A stretch of 64,000 nucleotides of DNA from a virus (Duplodnaviria > Caudoviricetes). Numbering within the stretch: position 1 is the stretch's first letter; the number at the start of each line of letters is the position of its first letter. The stretch spans positions 1,128 to 65,127 of IMG/VR virus record IMGVR_UViG_2639763196_000002; one strand, given 5' to 3'. Of this stretch, positions 56,192 through 64,000 are shown piece by piece. The notes beneath the pieces were generated by a model, which did no database searches, was not told the origin of the DNA, and worked only from the letters and a program-made list of their open reading frames with translations. A program made the position numbers and the translations under genes.

Positions 56192-56857
56192 ATGGAAACT
56201 TTAGGTCAGCGCCTGGCGCGCTATAGAAACGAAGCGAATCTCACGCAGAAAGGCTTGGCCGCCGCCTGCAATTGGCAAAACGGCCAAGGGCGTATCGCAA
56301 ACTATGAGAAAGATAAGCGCGAACCCAGCCTTGCTGATCTGCGCATGCTTTCGCTTGCCTTGAAAAAACCGCTGATGGATCTTGTCGAAGGCGACGACGA
56401 TCAAACGAGAAGCACAGCGCCAAAAATTGATGACTACGCTCTGATTCCGCAATATACAGCGCACGGCTCAGCCGGGAACGGGCATCTCAACGACCACGTG
56501 GAAATCAAAGGCGGACTGGTTTTCAGGCGAGACTGGCTCGCCCGTATGGCCTTGAGGGAAAGAAGCCTGCATGTGATTTACGCTAAAGGTCAAAGCATGG
56601 AACCCACCATCTGTGACGGCGATGTGGTCCTGCTGGATGAAGCACAGAAAGAACCGAGAGACCGACGCATTTACGCCATGCTCAAACCTGACGGAGAGCT
56701 GATCATCAAGCGGCTGGTGCAGAGCATGACTGGCGGCTGGATCATACGTAGCGATAACGAAGACAAGCGTCAGTACCCAGATGAAGCTGCTAGCGACAAT
56801 GAAATCGGCCATCTGAAAATCGTCGGGCGCATCGTGTGGCACGGCGGGGCACTTTGA
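56192..56857 (+). CDS. cI: CI-like repressor (HTH + S24 peptidase)
   Basis: HTH, SAG cleavage site, GQSMEP, IKRL. Confidence 0.92.
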   Translation: METLGQRLARYRNEANLTQKGLAAACNWQNGQGRIANYEKDKREPSLADLRMLSLALKKPLMDLVEGDDDQTRSTAPKIDDYALIPQYTAHGSAGNGHLNDHVEIKGGLVFRRDWLARMALRERSLHVIYAKGQSMEPTICDGDVVLLDEAQKEPRDRRIYAMLKPDGELIIKRLVQSMTGGWIIRSDNEDKRQYPDEAASDNEIGHLKIVGRIVWHGGAL

Positions 56858-56866
56858 CTCAAGCCT

Positions 56867-57229
56867 TCAGCTAGGTGCTACTGAGTTGAGATTGAAGAAC
56901 GCATAAATCCCTTGCTCAGTGAGATCTCCCAGAGCTATTGCTATAAGCAGCAACATGCCAATGATGCAAATCTTGGCTCTCCAGAACAGGACCATCCCCC
57001 CGATCACTCCTGGATATCGCTTAAGGTATCTGGCAGCAATATTCCTGTATTGCTTACCGCCTCCGAATACACACAACACCACTACAAATAGAAAAAACCA
57101 CGCAAACGGCTGCGGGTGCGAAAATTGAAGCGAGGTTGCGGAGAGCCCTACCGCGAATAATCCAGGCACATCATTCGCGAATCTGAAATATCGCTCCGCA
57201 ATTGCTTCGTCCGGGTCAAGCTCAAACAT
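56867..57229 (-). CDS. Small multi-TM membrane protein in the immunity region
   Basis: 3-4 hydrophobic segments, low GC, GGAGG SD, convergent with cI. Confidence 0.7.
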   Translation of the reverse strand: MFELDPDEAIAERYFRFANDVPGLFAVGLSATSLQFSHPQPFAWFFLFVVVLCVFGGGKQYRNIAARYLKRYPGVIGGMVLFWRAKICIIGMLLLIAIALGDLTEQGIYAFFNLNSVAPS

Positions 57230-57329
57230 TTCCCCTCCTAAAAAACCCAATAAATTCAAGTAGAACCAAAAGATACAGCTCGTACCTTTTTGCGCAACTC
57301 AAAACGGAACGTCCAAAAACCCCAACAAA

Positions 57330-57372
57330 AATAACAATTCGTGTTGATTCATGAAAAACATTGTGTGATATT
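57330..57372 (+). promoter_or_regulatory. OL/pL-like operator-promoter
   Basis: AACAATTCGTGTT and AACATTGTGTGAT repeats; TTGATT-17-GATATT. Confidence 0.6.
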
Positions 57373-57407
57373 CGCCTAACTCTTCCACCACAGAGCGAGG
57401 CAACACC

Positions 57408-57584
57408 ATGCACACCACAGCTACCCTGCACGTCCACCCGGCCGCCGCTAACCCCTCCCGCATCTTTGAAATCCGCCGCCTGGCGCAAGACCTCGGCTGC
57501 ACATTCATCGCGTCCAAACCTAAGCCGAAAGAACGCAACGCGCCCTGCCCGTTTGATCCAAACGGCGGAGGGCACGCGGCATGA
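57408..57584 (+). CDS. Hypothetical early protein (58 aa)
   Basis: Hand translation MHTTATLHVHPAAANPSRIFEIRRLAQDLGCTFI...GGHAA*; GAGG SD; ATGA overlap with the next gene. Confidence 0.7.
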   Translation: MHTTATLHVHPAAANPSRIFEIRRLAQDLGCTFIASKPKPKERNAPCPFDPNGGGHAA

Positions 57585-58162
57585 GCAAGTACAAACTCGA
57601 CAACCGCACCCTGGCCCTGCTCAAGGCACAGGTAAACCTAACCGAAACCTTCAACCACCTGCTGCGCGCCGAAGTTCAGCGTGAAGCCTTAGCCTTCCGC
57701 CTGAAAGTCGAGCGGCGCAAAGCAGACACACACTTCACTGTTGAGCTGGGAAGCGAACGCCACACGCTGACCCTGACCAACAGCAAAAAGATGCACCTTA
57801 AGCTTGCGGACTTCATTGAGGAGATCGTCAATGGGCCAGCCAATCCAAGCGATCCGTCGTCTATGCCACACGCAGACCGCCGCTACGGCGTGTTCGAAAC
57901 TGAACACAAGCAGCGTGTGTTCGACCTGGTACAAACCGGCGGCGCGCTGAGCCTCGACATGGGTTTTGAGCAACCTATCAACCTGGCAATCCATCGCAAC
58001 AAAACCCGCACTGGCATCACCACCATCATGAGCATCGGCGTCAAGAAGCCATTCAGCAAGTGCTTCACGGTGTGCGGCAGTGACGTGGAGATCTACTCCA
58101 TGGTGGCCGAATCCATCACTCACCTGGCAGCCGTGGCGACTCCCGCCGCGCATGCAGCCTAG
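57581..58162 (+). CDS. Hypothetical early protein
   Basis: 193 aa, translationally coupled in the early operon. Confidence 0.75.
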   Translation: MSKYKLDNRTLALLKAQVNLTETFNHLLRAEVQREALAFRLKVERRKADTHFTVELGSERHTLTLTNSKKMHLKLADFIEEIVNGPANPSDPSSMPHADRRYGVFETEHKQRVFDLVQTGGALSLDMGFEQPINLAIHRNKTRTGITTIMSIGVKKPFSKCFTVCGSDVEIYSMVAESITHLAAVATPAAHAA

Positions 58163-58171
58163 GAGGTCGCG

Positions 58172-58456
58172 ATGGAACGTAGCCTGGAAAAGGCCGCCAA
58201 GTACTTCGGCCTCACCCGTCCAAAACTGATCGCGCTGATGCGTGACAAGGGCTTGCTCACTGACCGCAACCTCCCGGCGTTCCCTGTACGTGACCGGGAA
58301 TATCTGCGGATCAAGAACGGTAACTGGTACCACGAGACGGCAGGAATGCAATACAGCCAGTCGACGAAAGTCCGGCAAGCCGGCATGCCCTGGCTGGCAA
58401 GTCAGCTGGGCCTCGAACTGCCAGCCATCCCGGCAGACAACCGTGACGTGGCCTAG
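58172..58456 (+). CDS. Antirepressor KilAC/ANT-domain protein
   Basis: AAKYFG..RPKL...MRDKG...TKVRQAGMPWLA. Confidence 0.7.
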   Translation: MERSLEKAAKYFGLTRPKLIALMRDKGLLTDRNLPAFPVRDREYLRIKNGNWYHETAGMQYSQSTKVRQAGMPWLASQLGLELPAIPADNRDVA

Positions 58457-58661
58457 GGAGTACGCCCGCCAGATCGTCGCCATGCACACACGCGAGGAGC
58501 GCAATGCCGCGCTCCTCGAAGTGCCGGAGCATCTGCGGGAGCTGACCAAACGCCACTGCCTGAATGCCTGGAATCACCCCTCACGACTCAAACGCAAGGA
58601 GGCCGCTGCCCATGAGCAACAACAGTCAAACACCGCTGCGCCTGCAACCCGCGCCGGATAG
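58443..58661 (+). CDS. Hypothetical protein
   Basis: WPREYARQIVAM.TREERNAAL..VPEHLR, a recurrent small phage protein pattern. Confidence 0.7.
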   Translation: MTWPREYARQIVAMHTREERNAALLEVPEHLRELTKRHCLNAWNHPSRLKRKEAAAHEQQQSNTAAPATRAG

Positions 58662-58932
58662 CGCAACCGTCGAGATGCTGCACCAACTCTTCGGCGACGT
58701 GCTTATCCCCCTGGAAAAGCTGCGCGCGCATTACTTCAAGAACCTCAACGAGAAGACTTTCACTGAAGCGATCAACAGCGGCCGTATTCAGCTGCCGGTG
58801 ACCACCCTGGATCACAGCGTCAAGGCGTTGCGGTATGCCCACATCAAGCATGTCGCAGCCCTGATCGATATCCGCGCTTATAGAGCGGATGAAGAAATGC
58901 CGCGACCAGAATCCGTTGGCGATGAGAGGTGA
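58612..58932 (+). CDS. PrtN-family (pyocin activator-like) protein
   Basis: TVEMLHQLFGDVLIPLEKLRAHYF...IQLPV...HVAALID. Confidence 0.75.
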   Translation: MSNNSQTPLRLQPAPDSATVEMLHQLFGDVLIPLEKLRAHYFKNLNEKTFTEAINSGRIQLPVTTLDHSVKALRYAHIKHVAALIDIRAYRADEEMPRPESVGDER

Positions 58933-58933
58933 C

Positions 58934-59131
58934 ATGACACTACTCGATCAATGCCGGCACTGCGATACACCGTTGTCTGCCGACGAAAAGACCAGCCGAC
59001 TGTGTGATGAGTGCAGCTACTTTGCCGCCGACTATCAGCGCTACGACGCACTGCGAGAAGAAGGCTACATGCCGCACCAGGCCAAGCTGATGTGTGGCCT
59101 GGCAGATCCGCCAGACCCAGACGACGAATAA
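58934..59131 (+). CDS. Small Zn-finger hypothetical protein
   Basis: CRHC...CDEC; GAGG SD. Confidence 0.6.
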   Translation: MTLLDQCRHCDTPLSADEKTSRLCDECSYFAADYQRYDALREEGYMPHQAKLMCGLADPPDPDDE

Positions 59132-59182
59132 CAAACCAATTGGCTGCCACCACCAGCCGACATACCACCAGGAGCACACCAC

Positions 59183-59581
59183 ATGACTGCAATTCAAATC
59201 TGCGCACTGATCAGCATTGCTACTGCCACCGGCATTCTCTACTGGATCGGTTACCGAGGCGGCTTGGCAGACGGCCGAGTTGAAGGTTACGAAAACGGCC
59301 AGGACGATGGGTTTAGCTTAGGTTTTGAACAAGCCAAGGAACAATGCGCTGTTTCAATCACCCAAGCGCACGAACAGCGTCAACGCATAGAGCTACTGCT
59401 GAGCAGGGAGCCCCAGGACAGACTGACTCTTCTACTGATCGCTGAAAAGCTCAAGCTCGCTGCCGAGACCTTCAAAGCAGTGAAGTCGGAAACCCATGCA
59501 GCACAGACGCTCGCTCTGCGCGAGAAAGCCTTGAACATGGCTGGTGCAATGGATCTATGGACACAGGGGGACGCAGCATGA
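59183..59581 (+). CDS. Hypothetical protein with N-terminal TM
   Basis: AGGAG SD; hydrophobic N-terminus, then G-x-x-x-G repeats. Confidence 0.75.
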   Translation: MTAIQICALISIATATGILYWIGYRGGLADGRVEGYENGQDDGFSLGFEQAKEQCAVSITQAHEQRQRIELLLSREPQDRLTLLLIAEKLKLAAETFKAVKSETHAAQTLALREKALNMAGAMDLWTQGDAA

Positions 59582-59799
59582 GCCGCGAAATTCCAGTGTT
59601 ACGCCTGACGCCTCAAGCCGCCGGATCGCTGCAGCAGCAATACGACAAGGTGTCTAAGGAGCTGCGTGAACTCACGCGCTACTACAAGGAGTTCGACCGC
59701 CAGTTGAAAGCGCGGATCGGCTCTAACGTGGTACGCCAGTTGCACAAAGACACCGACAACACGCTGCTGCTGGCCGACCTAGTGAAGGAGGCCGCATGA
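59578..59799 (+). CDS. Hypothetical protein
   Basis: ATGA-coupled at both ends. Confidence 0.7.
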   Translation: MSREIPVLRLTPQAAGSLQQQYDKVSKELRELTRYYKEFDRQLKARIGSNVVRQLHKDTDNTLLLADLVKEAA

Positions 59800-60338
59800 A
59801 CTGGATCCTTACCTCCACCGGCAAGCGCTTCGACTTGTACGAGCCAGACGCCGACATGATTGACCCACGAGATATTTCGCACGCGCTTGCTCACCTGTGT
59901 CGTTTCAACGGCCACACCCGCGAGTTCTACAGCGTGGCCCAGCACAGCTGCTTCGTCGCCGAGCTGGTGCCGGAGGAACACAGGCTAGCGGCCTTGCTTC
60001 ACGACGCAACCGAGGCGTATCTGGGCGACATGACGCGCCCACTCAAGCAATGGATGCCCGACTACCGAGGCTTCGAGGACATCGTGTGGGCGAATGTTTG
60101 TGAGCGCTTCGACCTTGCACTCGATCTCCCAGCCTGCGTGCGCCAAGCCGACATGATTGCGCTCGCGACCGAACGCCGCGACCTCATGCCATCCGATCCG
60201 GCAATCTGGGATTGTTTGGTCGGCATCGAACCCGTGGTTGAAACCATCCGCCCATGGTCTGCCGCAGAAGCCCGCAACACCTACCACCAGCGCCTGATGG
60301 ACCAACTCGCCATCGAACACCGGAGGAAAGCGGCATGA
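59796..60338 (+). CDS. HD-domain phosphohydrolase (YfbR-like)
   Basis: CRFNGH, YSVAQHS, LLHDATEAYLGD. Confidence 0.88.
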   Translation: MNWILTSTGKRFDLYEPDADMIDPRDISHALAHLCRFNGHTREFYSVAQHSCFVAELVPEEHRLAALLHDATEAYLGDMTRPLKQWMPDYRGFEDIVWANVCERFDLALDLPACVRQADMIALATERRDLMPSDPAIWDCLVGIEPVVETIRPWSAAEARNTYHQRLMDQLAIEHRRKAA

Positions 60339-60862
60339 AGAACCAACAGAACAACACCAGCGCCTTGTCCGCTTTGCTCCGCACTGCAAATGGTGGCGAC
60401 ACGCTAGAAACAAACAGTCTCTGCTGCGCAGCAGCAGGCATTATTGCTCCTCCCAGCGCCACTGCCGAGGCACTTATACCCCACGAAAAGCTGCGCGGGG
60501 CAGCGCTCAGTGATGCAACGCTAACCGCTCCAGCACGCCAGCTCGCGCAGCCTGCCTTGGGGTATACGCACGCTTCGAATGCTGTGGACTACCCGCCAGA
60601 ATCGAAACCAGGCCAGCGGTACTGGCCTGCCGATCTGACCAACGTGCGCTCCGATGAGTGGGCTGTCATGTCTCCCAAGCACGTCGCAGAGTTTGCTGGT
60701 GTGACAGAGGTATGGATGCTGCTTGAGGCCGCTCAAAAGCGCATTGCCGAGTTGGAGCAGGTCAATGCAAATCTGCGCGAACGCGACCGAGCCCAATCAA
60801 TAGCCAAACAATTGACCCAGGCAATCACCGCTACACCTATCGCGGAGGCGACGTCGCTATGA
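60335..60862 (+). CDS. Hypothetical protein
   Basis: ATGA-coupled between HD gene and methylase. Confidence 0.65.
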   Translation: MKNQQNNTSALSALLRTANGGDTLETNSLCCAAAGIIAPPSATAEALIPHEKLRGAALSDATLTAPARQLAQPALGYTHASNAVDYPPESKPGQRYWPADLTNVRSDEWAVMSPKHVAEFAGVTEVWMLLEAAQKRIAELEQVNANLRERDRAQSIAKQLTQAITATPIAEATSL

Positions 60863-62604
60863 CTGCCTTCAACACACACCCAATCACATCAGCCGTGAAA
60901 ACCCAATTCGGTCTCGACTTCGCCGGCGAGATCCGCGTGGATCTCTTCGCCGGCGGCGGCGGCGCAACCATGGGTCAGGAAATGGGTACCGGCATACCGG
61001 TCGATATCGCCATCAACCACAACCCTGATGCAATCAGCATGCACAAGCGCAACCACCCGAGCGCCGAGCATTACATCACCGACGTCTACGACGTGTGCCC
61101 GCGCCTTGCGACTCGCGGCCGTCCAGTTGCACATCTGCACGCCAGCCCTGAATGCACCCACCACAGCCTCGCTGCCGGCGGTCAGGCACGTAGCACCACC
61201 AGCCGCTCGCAGTCATGGGTCATTCAAAAATGGGGCGGCCAGGTCAGCCCCCGCAAGATCACGATGGAAAACGTCGTGCAGATCCTCCAGTGGGGACCGC
61301 TAATCGCGAAGCGCTGCAGTAAGACTGGCCGAGTGGTACGCCGTGACCTGACAGTCGCCACTGCCGGCGAGCGGGTTCCGGTACAAGAACAGTACCTGGT
61401 GCCCGATCCAAAACGGAAAGGACGAACCTGGCGCCGCTTCGAAAACAACCTGCGGACCATGGGCTACGACCTGATGTACGGCAAGCTCAAAGCCTGCGAC
61501 TTTGGCGCCGCCACTACCCGCGAGCGCTTGTTCCTGATTGCTCGCCGTGACGGTCAGCCACTGCGCTGGCCGGAACCGACGCACTTCAAGAACCCAGCCA
61601 AGGGACAGTCAGCCTACCGCACCGCCGCCAGCTGTATCGACTGGTCTCTTCCATGCCCGAGCATTTTCCTCACCAAGGAAGAAGGCCGTGCTGCAGGTGT
61701 GAAACGACCACTGGTGAACAACACCATGGAGCGCCTGCGCAAGGGCGCCAAGCGCTATGTCCTCGAACACAAGAACCCGTTCATTGTCAGCGTCAACCAC
61801 ACCGGTAACGACCTGGCGCGATGCGAGTCCGTAGAAGATCCGGCGAAGACCATTACCGGTGCGCAGGGGTTCGCCCTTGTCACGCCGCAACTCGCGCCCT
61901 TCATCACCGAACACGCCAACGGCAGCAGCCAACGCAACATGCCGGGGGATGATCCTCTACGCACTATCTGCAGTGGCGTTAAAGGTGGGCACTTCGCCTT
62001 GGCCGTGGCTTATGTCGCGCAGCACAACGGCGGATACAACGTGACGCCTGGGCATCACCCGGTTAAACCGCTTACTGCGATCACCACCACTGGCAGCCAG
62101 CAGCAGATCGTCACTGCGCATCTGTCGACGCTTCGCAGGAACTGCATCGGCCGAGCCATGGACGAACTGGTACCGACCATCACGGCCGGCGCTGAACACC
62201 ATGCTCTGGTCGAGTACAAGCTCGCGCCAGAGGTTGAGGCCGGCGCCATGCGTGTCGCGGCATTCCTGATGGGCTACTACGGCAGCGACAACACCTACGA
62301 CCTGCGCGACCCGGCCGCGACCATCACCACGCGGGATCGCCTGGCACTTGTCACCGTGACGATCAAGGGCACGCCGTACGTAATCGTCGATATCGGTATG
62401 CGCATGCTCACACCGCGTGAGCTTTACCGGGCGCAGGGTTTTCCGGATAACTACGTGATTGATCGTGGACATGATGGCCGGAAATTCAGCAATAAGACGC
62501 AGGTGCTTATGGTGGGTAACTCGGTGTCGCCGTGGCCGATGATGGCGCTGATCAGTGCCAACAACGACGTAGATGAGCGCGAACTTATGGGAGAAGCAGC
62601 ATGA
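60859..62604 (+). CDS. DNA cytosine-C5 methyltransferase
   Basis: DLFAGGGG, SPECTHHS, ENV, RERLF, AQGFP, GNSV. Confidence 0.9.
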   Translation: MTAFNTHPITSAVKTQFGLDFAGEIRVDLFAGGGGATMGQEMGTGIPVDIAINHNPDAISMHKRNHPSAEHYITDVYDVCPRLATRGRPVAHLHASPECTHHSLAAGGQARSTTSRSQSWVIQKWGGQVSPRKITMENVVQILQWGPLIAKRCSKTGRVVRRDLTVATAGERVPVQEQYLVPDPKRKGRTWRRFENNLRTMGYDLMYGKLKACDFGAATTRERLFLIARRDGQPLRWPEPTHFKNPAKGQSAYRTAASCIDWSLPCPSIFLTKEEGRAAGVKRPLVNNTMERLRKGAKRYVLEHKNPFIVSVNHTGNDLARCESVEDPAKTITGAQGFALVTPQLAPFITEHANGSSQRNMPGDDPLRTICSGVKGGHFALAVAYVAQHNGGYNVTPGHHPVKPLTAITTTGSQQQIVTAHLSTLRRNCIGRAMDELVPTITAGAEHHALVEYKLAPEVEAGAMRVAAFLMGYYGSDNTYDLRDPAATITTRDRLALVTVTIKGTPYVIVDIGMRMLTPRELYRAQGFPDNYVIDRGHDGRKFSNKTQVLMVGNSVSPWPMMALISANNDVDERELMGEAA

Positions 62605-62798
62605 GCCTACCTCGCTGGGTAATGATAAGCCGCGCCTCAGAACTTACTGGCTACAGCGAAGACGCCATTCGCCACAAAGTGAAAAACGGCACCTGGGCCC
62701 AAGGCCGCATCTGGCGCAAGACACCGGACGGCCGCATTGCAATCAACATGACGGAGTATGACAAGTGGGCCGAGAGCGCACCTCAGGAAGCGGCCTAG
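62601..62798 (+). CDS. xis: Excisionase
   Basis: 65 aa winged helix (SELTGYSEDAIRHK) directly before integrase. Confidence 0.8.
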   Translation: MSLPRWVMISRASELTGYSEDAIRHKVKNGTWAQGRIWRKTPDGRIAINMTEYDKWAESAPQEAA

Positions 62799-64000
62799 AA
62801 ACCGAACTGGCAAAGCACAAGGGGATTGAGATACACGGCGGCAATTTGCGCGTCGTGTTCATGTGGCGGCGTATACGCTGCCGCGAATCCCTCGGCCTTC
62901 CGATCACCAAAGCCAACATCAAACACGCCGCCCTATTAAGGGCGGCAATTCTTCATGAGATCAAAACCGGTCACTTTGAGTATGGGCGGCACTTTCCTAA
63001 CTCAAAGCACGCGACGAACTACAGCAGTGCCAAGGACGAGAGGCTTGGGGCATTGCTGGAACGGTACAAGCCGTTGAAGGCTGTCGACATCACGCCGATG
63101 ACCGAGGAGAAGTACGGCTATGCCTTGGACATCTGTACTGCCTTGGTTGGAATTGATCGTCTCGCCGGAGTTTTGTTGCCCGAAGACATACAGTTACTGA
63201 GGACGTTGCTGATTGCAGATCGAGCACCGTCGACCGCCAATCACTACCTGGCGACGTTCGCAGGCTTCCTGGGCTGGTGTGAGACCAATGGATATTGCCG
63301 CACTGGATTATCAGAAGCGTGTAATCGGTTCGCAATGCAAGGCCAAGAGCCGGATCCGCTTACTCGTGATGAGTTTAAGCTGCTGGTCGATAAAGGATGC
63401 CTTCACCCCCAGGATTCTGCTGCGATTACTTTGACCGTGTATACCGGGCTTCGACCAGGTGAGCTATGTGCGCTGGCTGTTGAAGACATCGATCTGGACG
63501 CAGGGCAGATCAACATCACCCGCGCTATAACCGCCAACGGCACTTTCAAGGTTCCCAAAACGGGAAAGCCGCGCTCAGTATTATTAATGCCGCCTGCGGT
63601 CGAAGCTTGCCGGGTGTTGCTTTCGCTCGTTGCCGATCATCCTGCACGCATCATTGAGGTGTTCCAGAACAGGTACGAGAGCCGGAAAGAGAGGGTTACC
63701 CCACTGCTTTCTCCATCCACCCAGGCGCGCAAGAAGATCATAAACGCCTGGTATGTTCCCACCGCGTGGAACACCAAGTGGGCAGCCATCCAAAAGCGCT
63801 CAGGCATACGTCCACGTCGGCCATATCAAACTCGCCACACCTACGCCTGCTGGTGCCTGTCTGCTCGTGGCAACCTTGCATTCATTGCCAAACAGATGGG
63901 CCATAAAGACTTCACTATGTTGGTTGAGGTATACGCAAAATGGATGGACGATGAATCGCCGTCTGAAATCTCGAAGATATGGAACGAACTGAATAAGTAA
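62765..64000 (+). CDS. int: Tyrosine integrase with Arm DNA-binding domain
   Basis: YTGLRPGEL, PKT, YQTRHTY, QMGH, VY catalytic residues; stop codon ends at the window edge. Confidence 0.95.
   Translation: MGRERTSGSGLETELAKHKGIEIHGGNLRVVFMWRRIRCRESLGLPITKANIKHAALLRAAILHEIKTGHFEYGRHFPNSKHATNYSSAKDERLGALLERYKPLKAVDITPMTEEKYGYALDICTALVGIDRLAGVLLPEDIQLLRTLLIADRAPSTANHYLATFAGFLGWCETNGYCRTGLSEACNRFAMQGQEPDPLTRDEFKLLVDKGCLHPQDSAAITLTVYTGLRPGELCALAVEDIDLDAGQINITRAITANGTFKVPKTGKPRSVLLMPPAVEACRVLLSLVADHPARIIEVFQNRYESRKERVTPLLSPSTQARKKIINAWYVPTAWNTKWAAIQKRSGIRPRRPYQTRHTYACWCLSARGNLAFIAKQMGHKDFTMLVEVYAKWMDDESPSEISKIWNELNK

Larger units (their letters stand above)
19379..64000. mobile_element. Temperate prophage (lambda-like head, P2-like contractile tail) integrated in mutS; attR expected just beyond window
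   Basis: Full set of int/xis, immunity, replication, packaging, head, tail and lysis genes with no obvious disruptions. Confidence 0.9.

Overview
The window looks like a Pseudomonas fluorescens-group chromosome segment (inferred from the REP sequence, the mutS start and gene content) and has three parts. (1) 1-12.6 kb, minus strand: a headless R-type tailocin cluster (PrtR-like repressor, holin, baseplate, split fibre module, sheath, tube, frameshifted chaperone, tape measure, GpU/X/D) that runs off the left edge. (2) 12.7-19.3 kb: an accessory patch with a LexA box, a Panacea antitoxin plus membrane toxin candidate, a umuC relic and a three-gene operon (highly divergent PEP-carboxylase-like protein, D-2-hydroxyacid dehydrogenase, RraA/HMG-aldolase). 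(3) About 19.4 kb to the right edge: a ~45 kb prophage inserted into the 5' end of mutS (MSKNTSDLSSHTP, then a stop). It has a lambda-like head, a P2-like contractile tail, a cI/cro/cII switch, a VapE-type primase-helicase and xis/int. Its cargo includes a NACHT protein, an ATPase+HNH (Septu/PtuAB-like) pair, umuDC, SRAP and two methylases. The most striking unexplained signals are non-coding: a structured RNA between cII and cro with three hairpins sharing the loop UGUGGUG, whose complement sits at early-gene ribosome-binding regions and the late leader; a GGA-hairpin-rich, Rsm-sponge-like RNA in the tailocin leader; and 24-bp dyad repeats that bound the defence cassettes. All family calls come from motif recognition by eye, with no database search.
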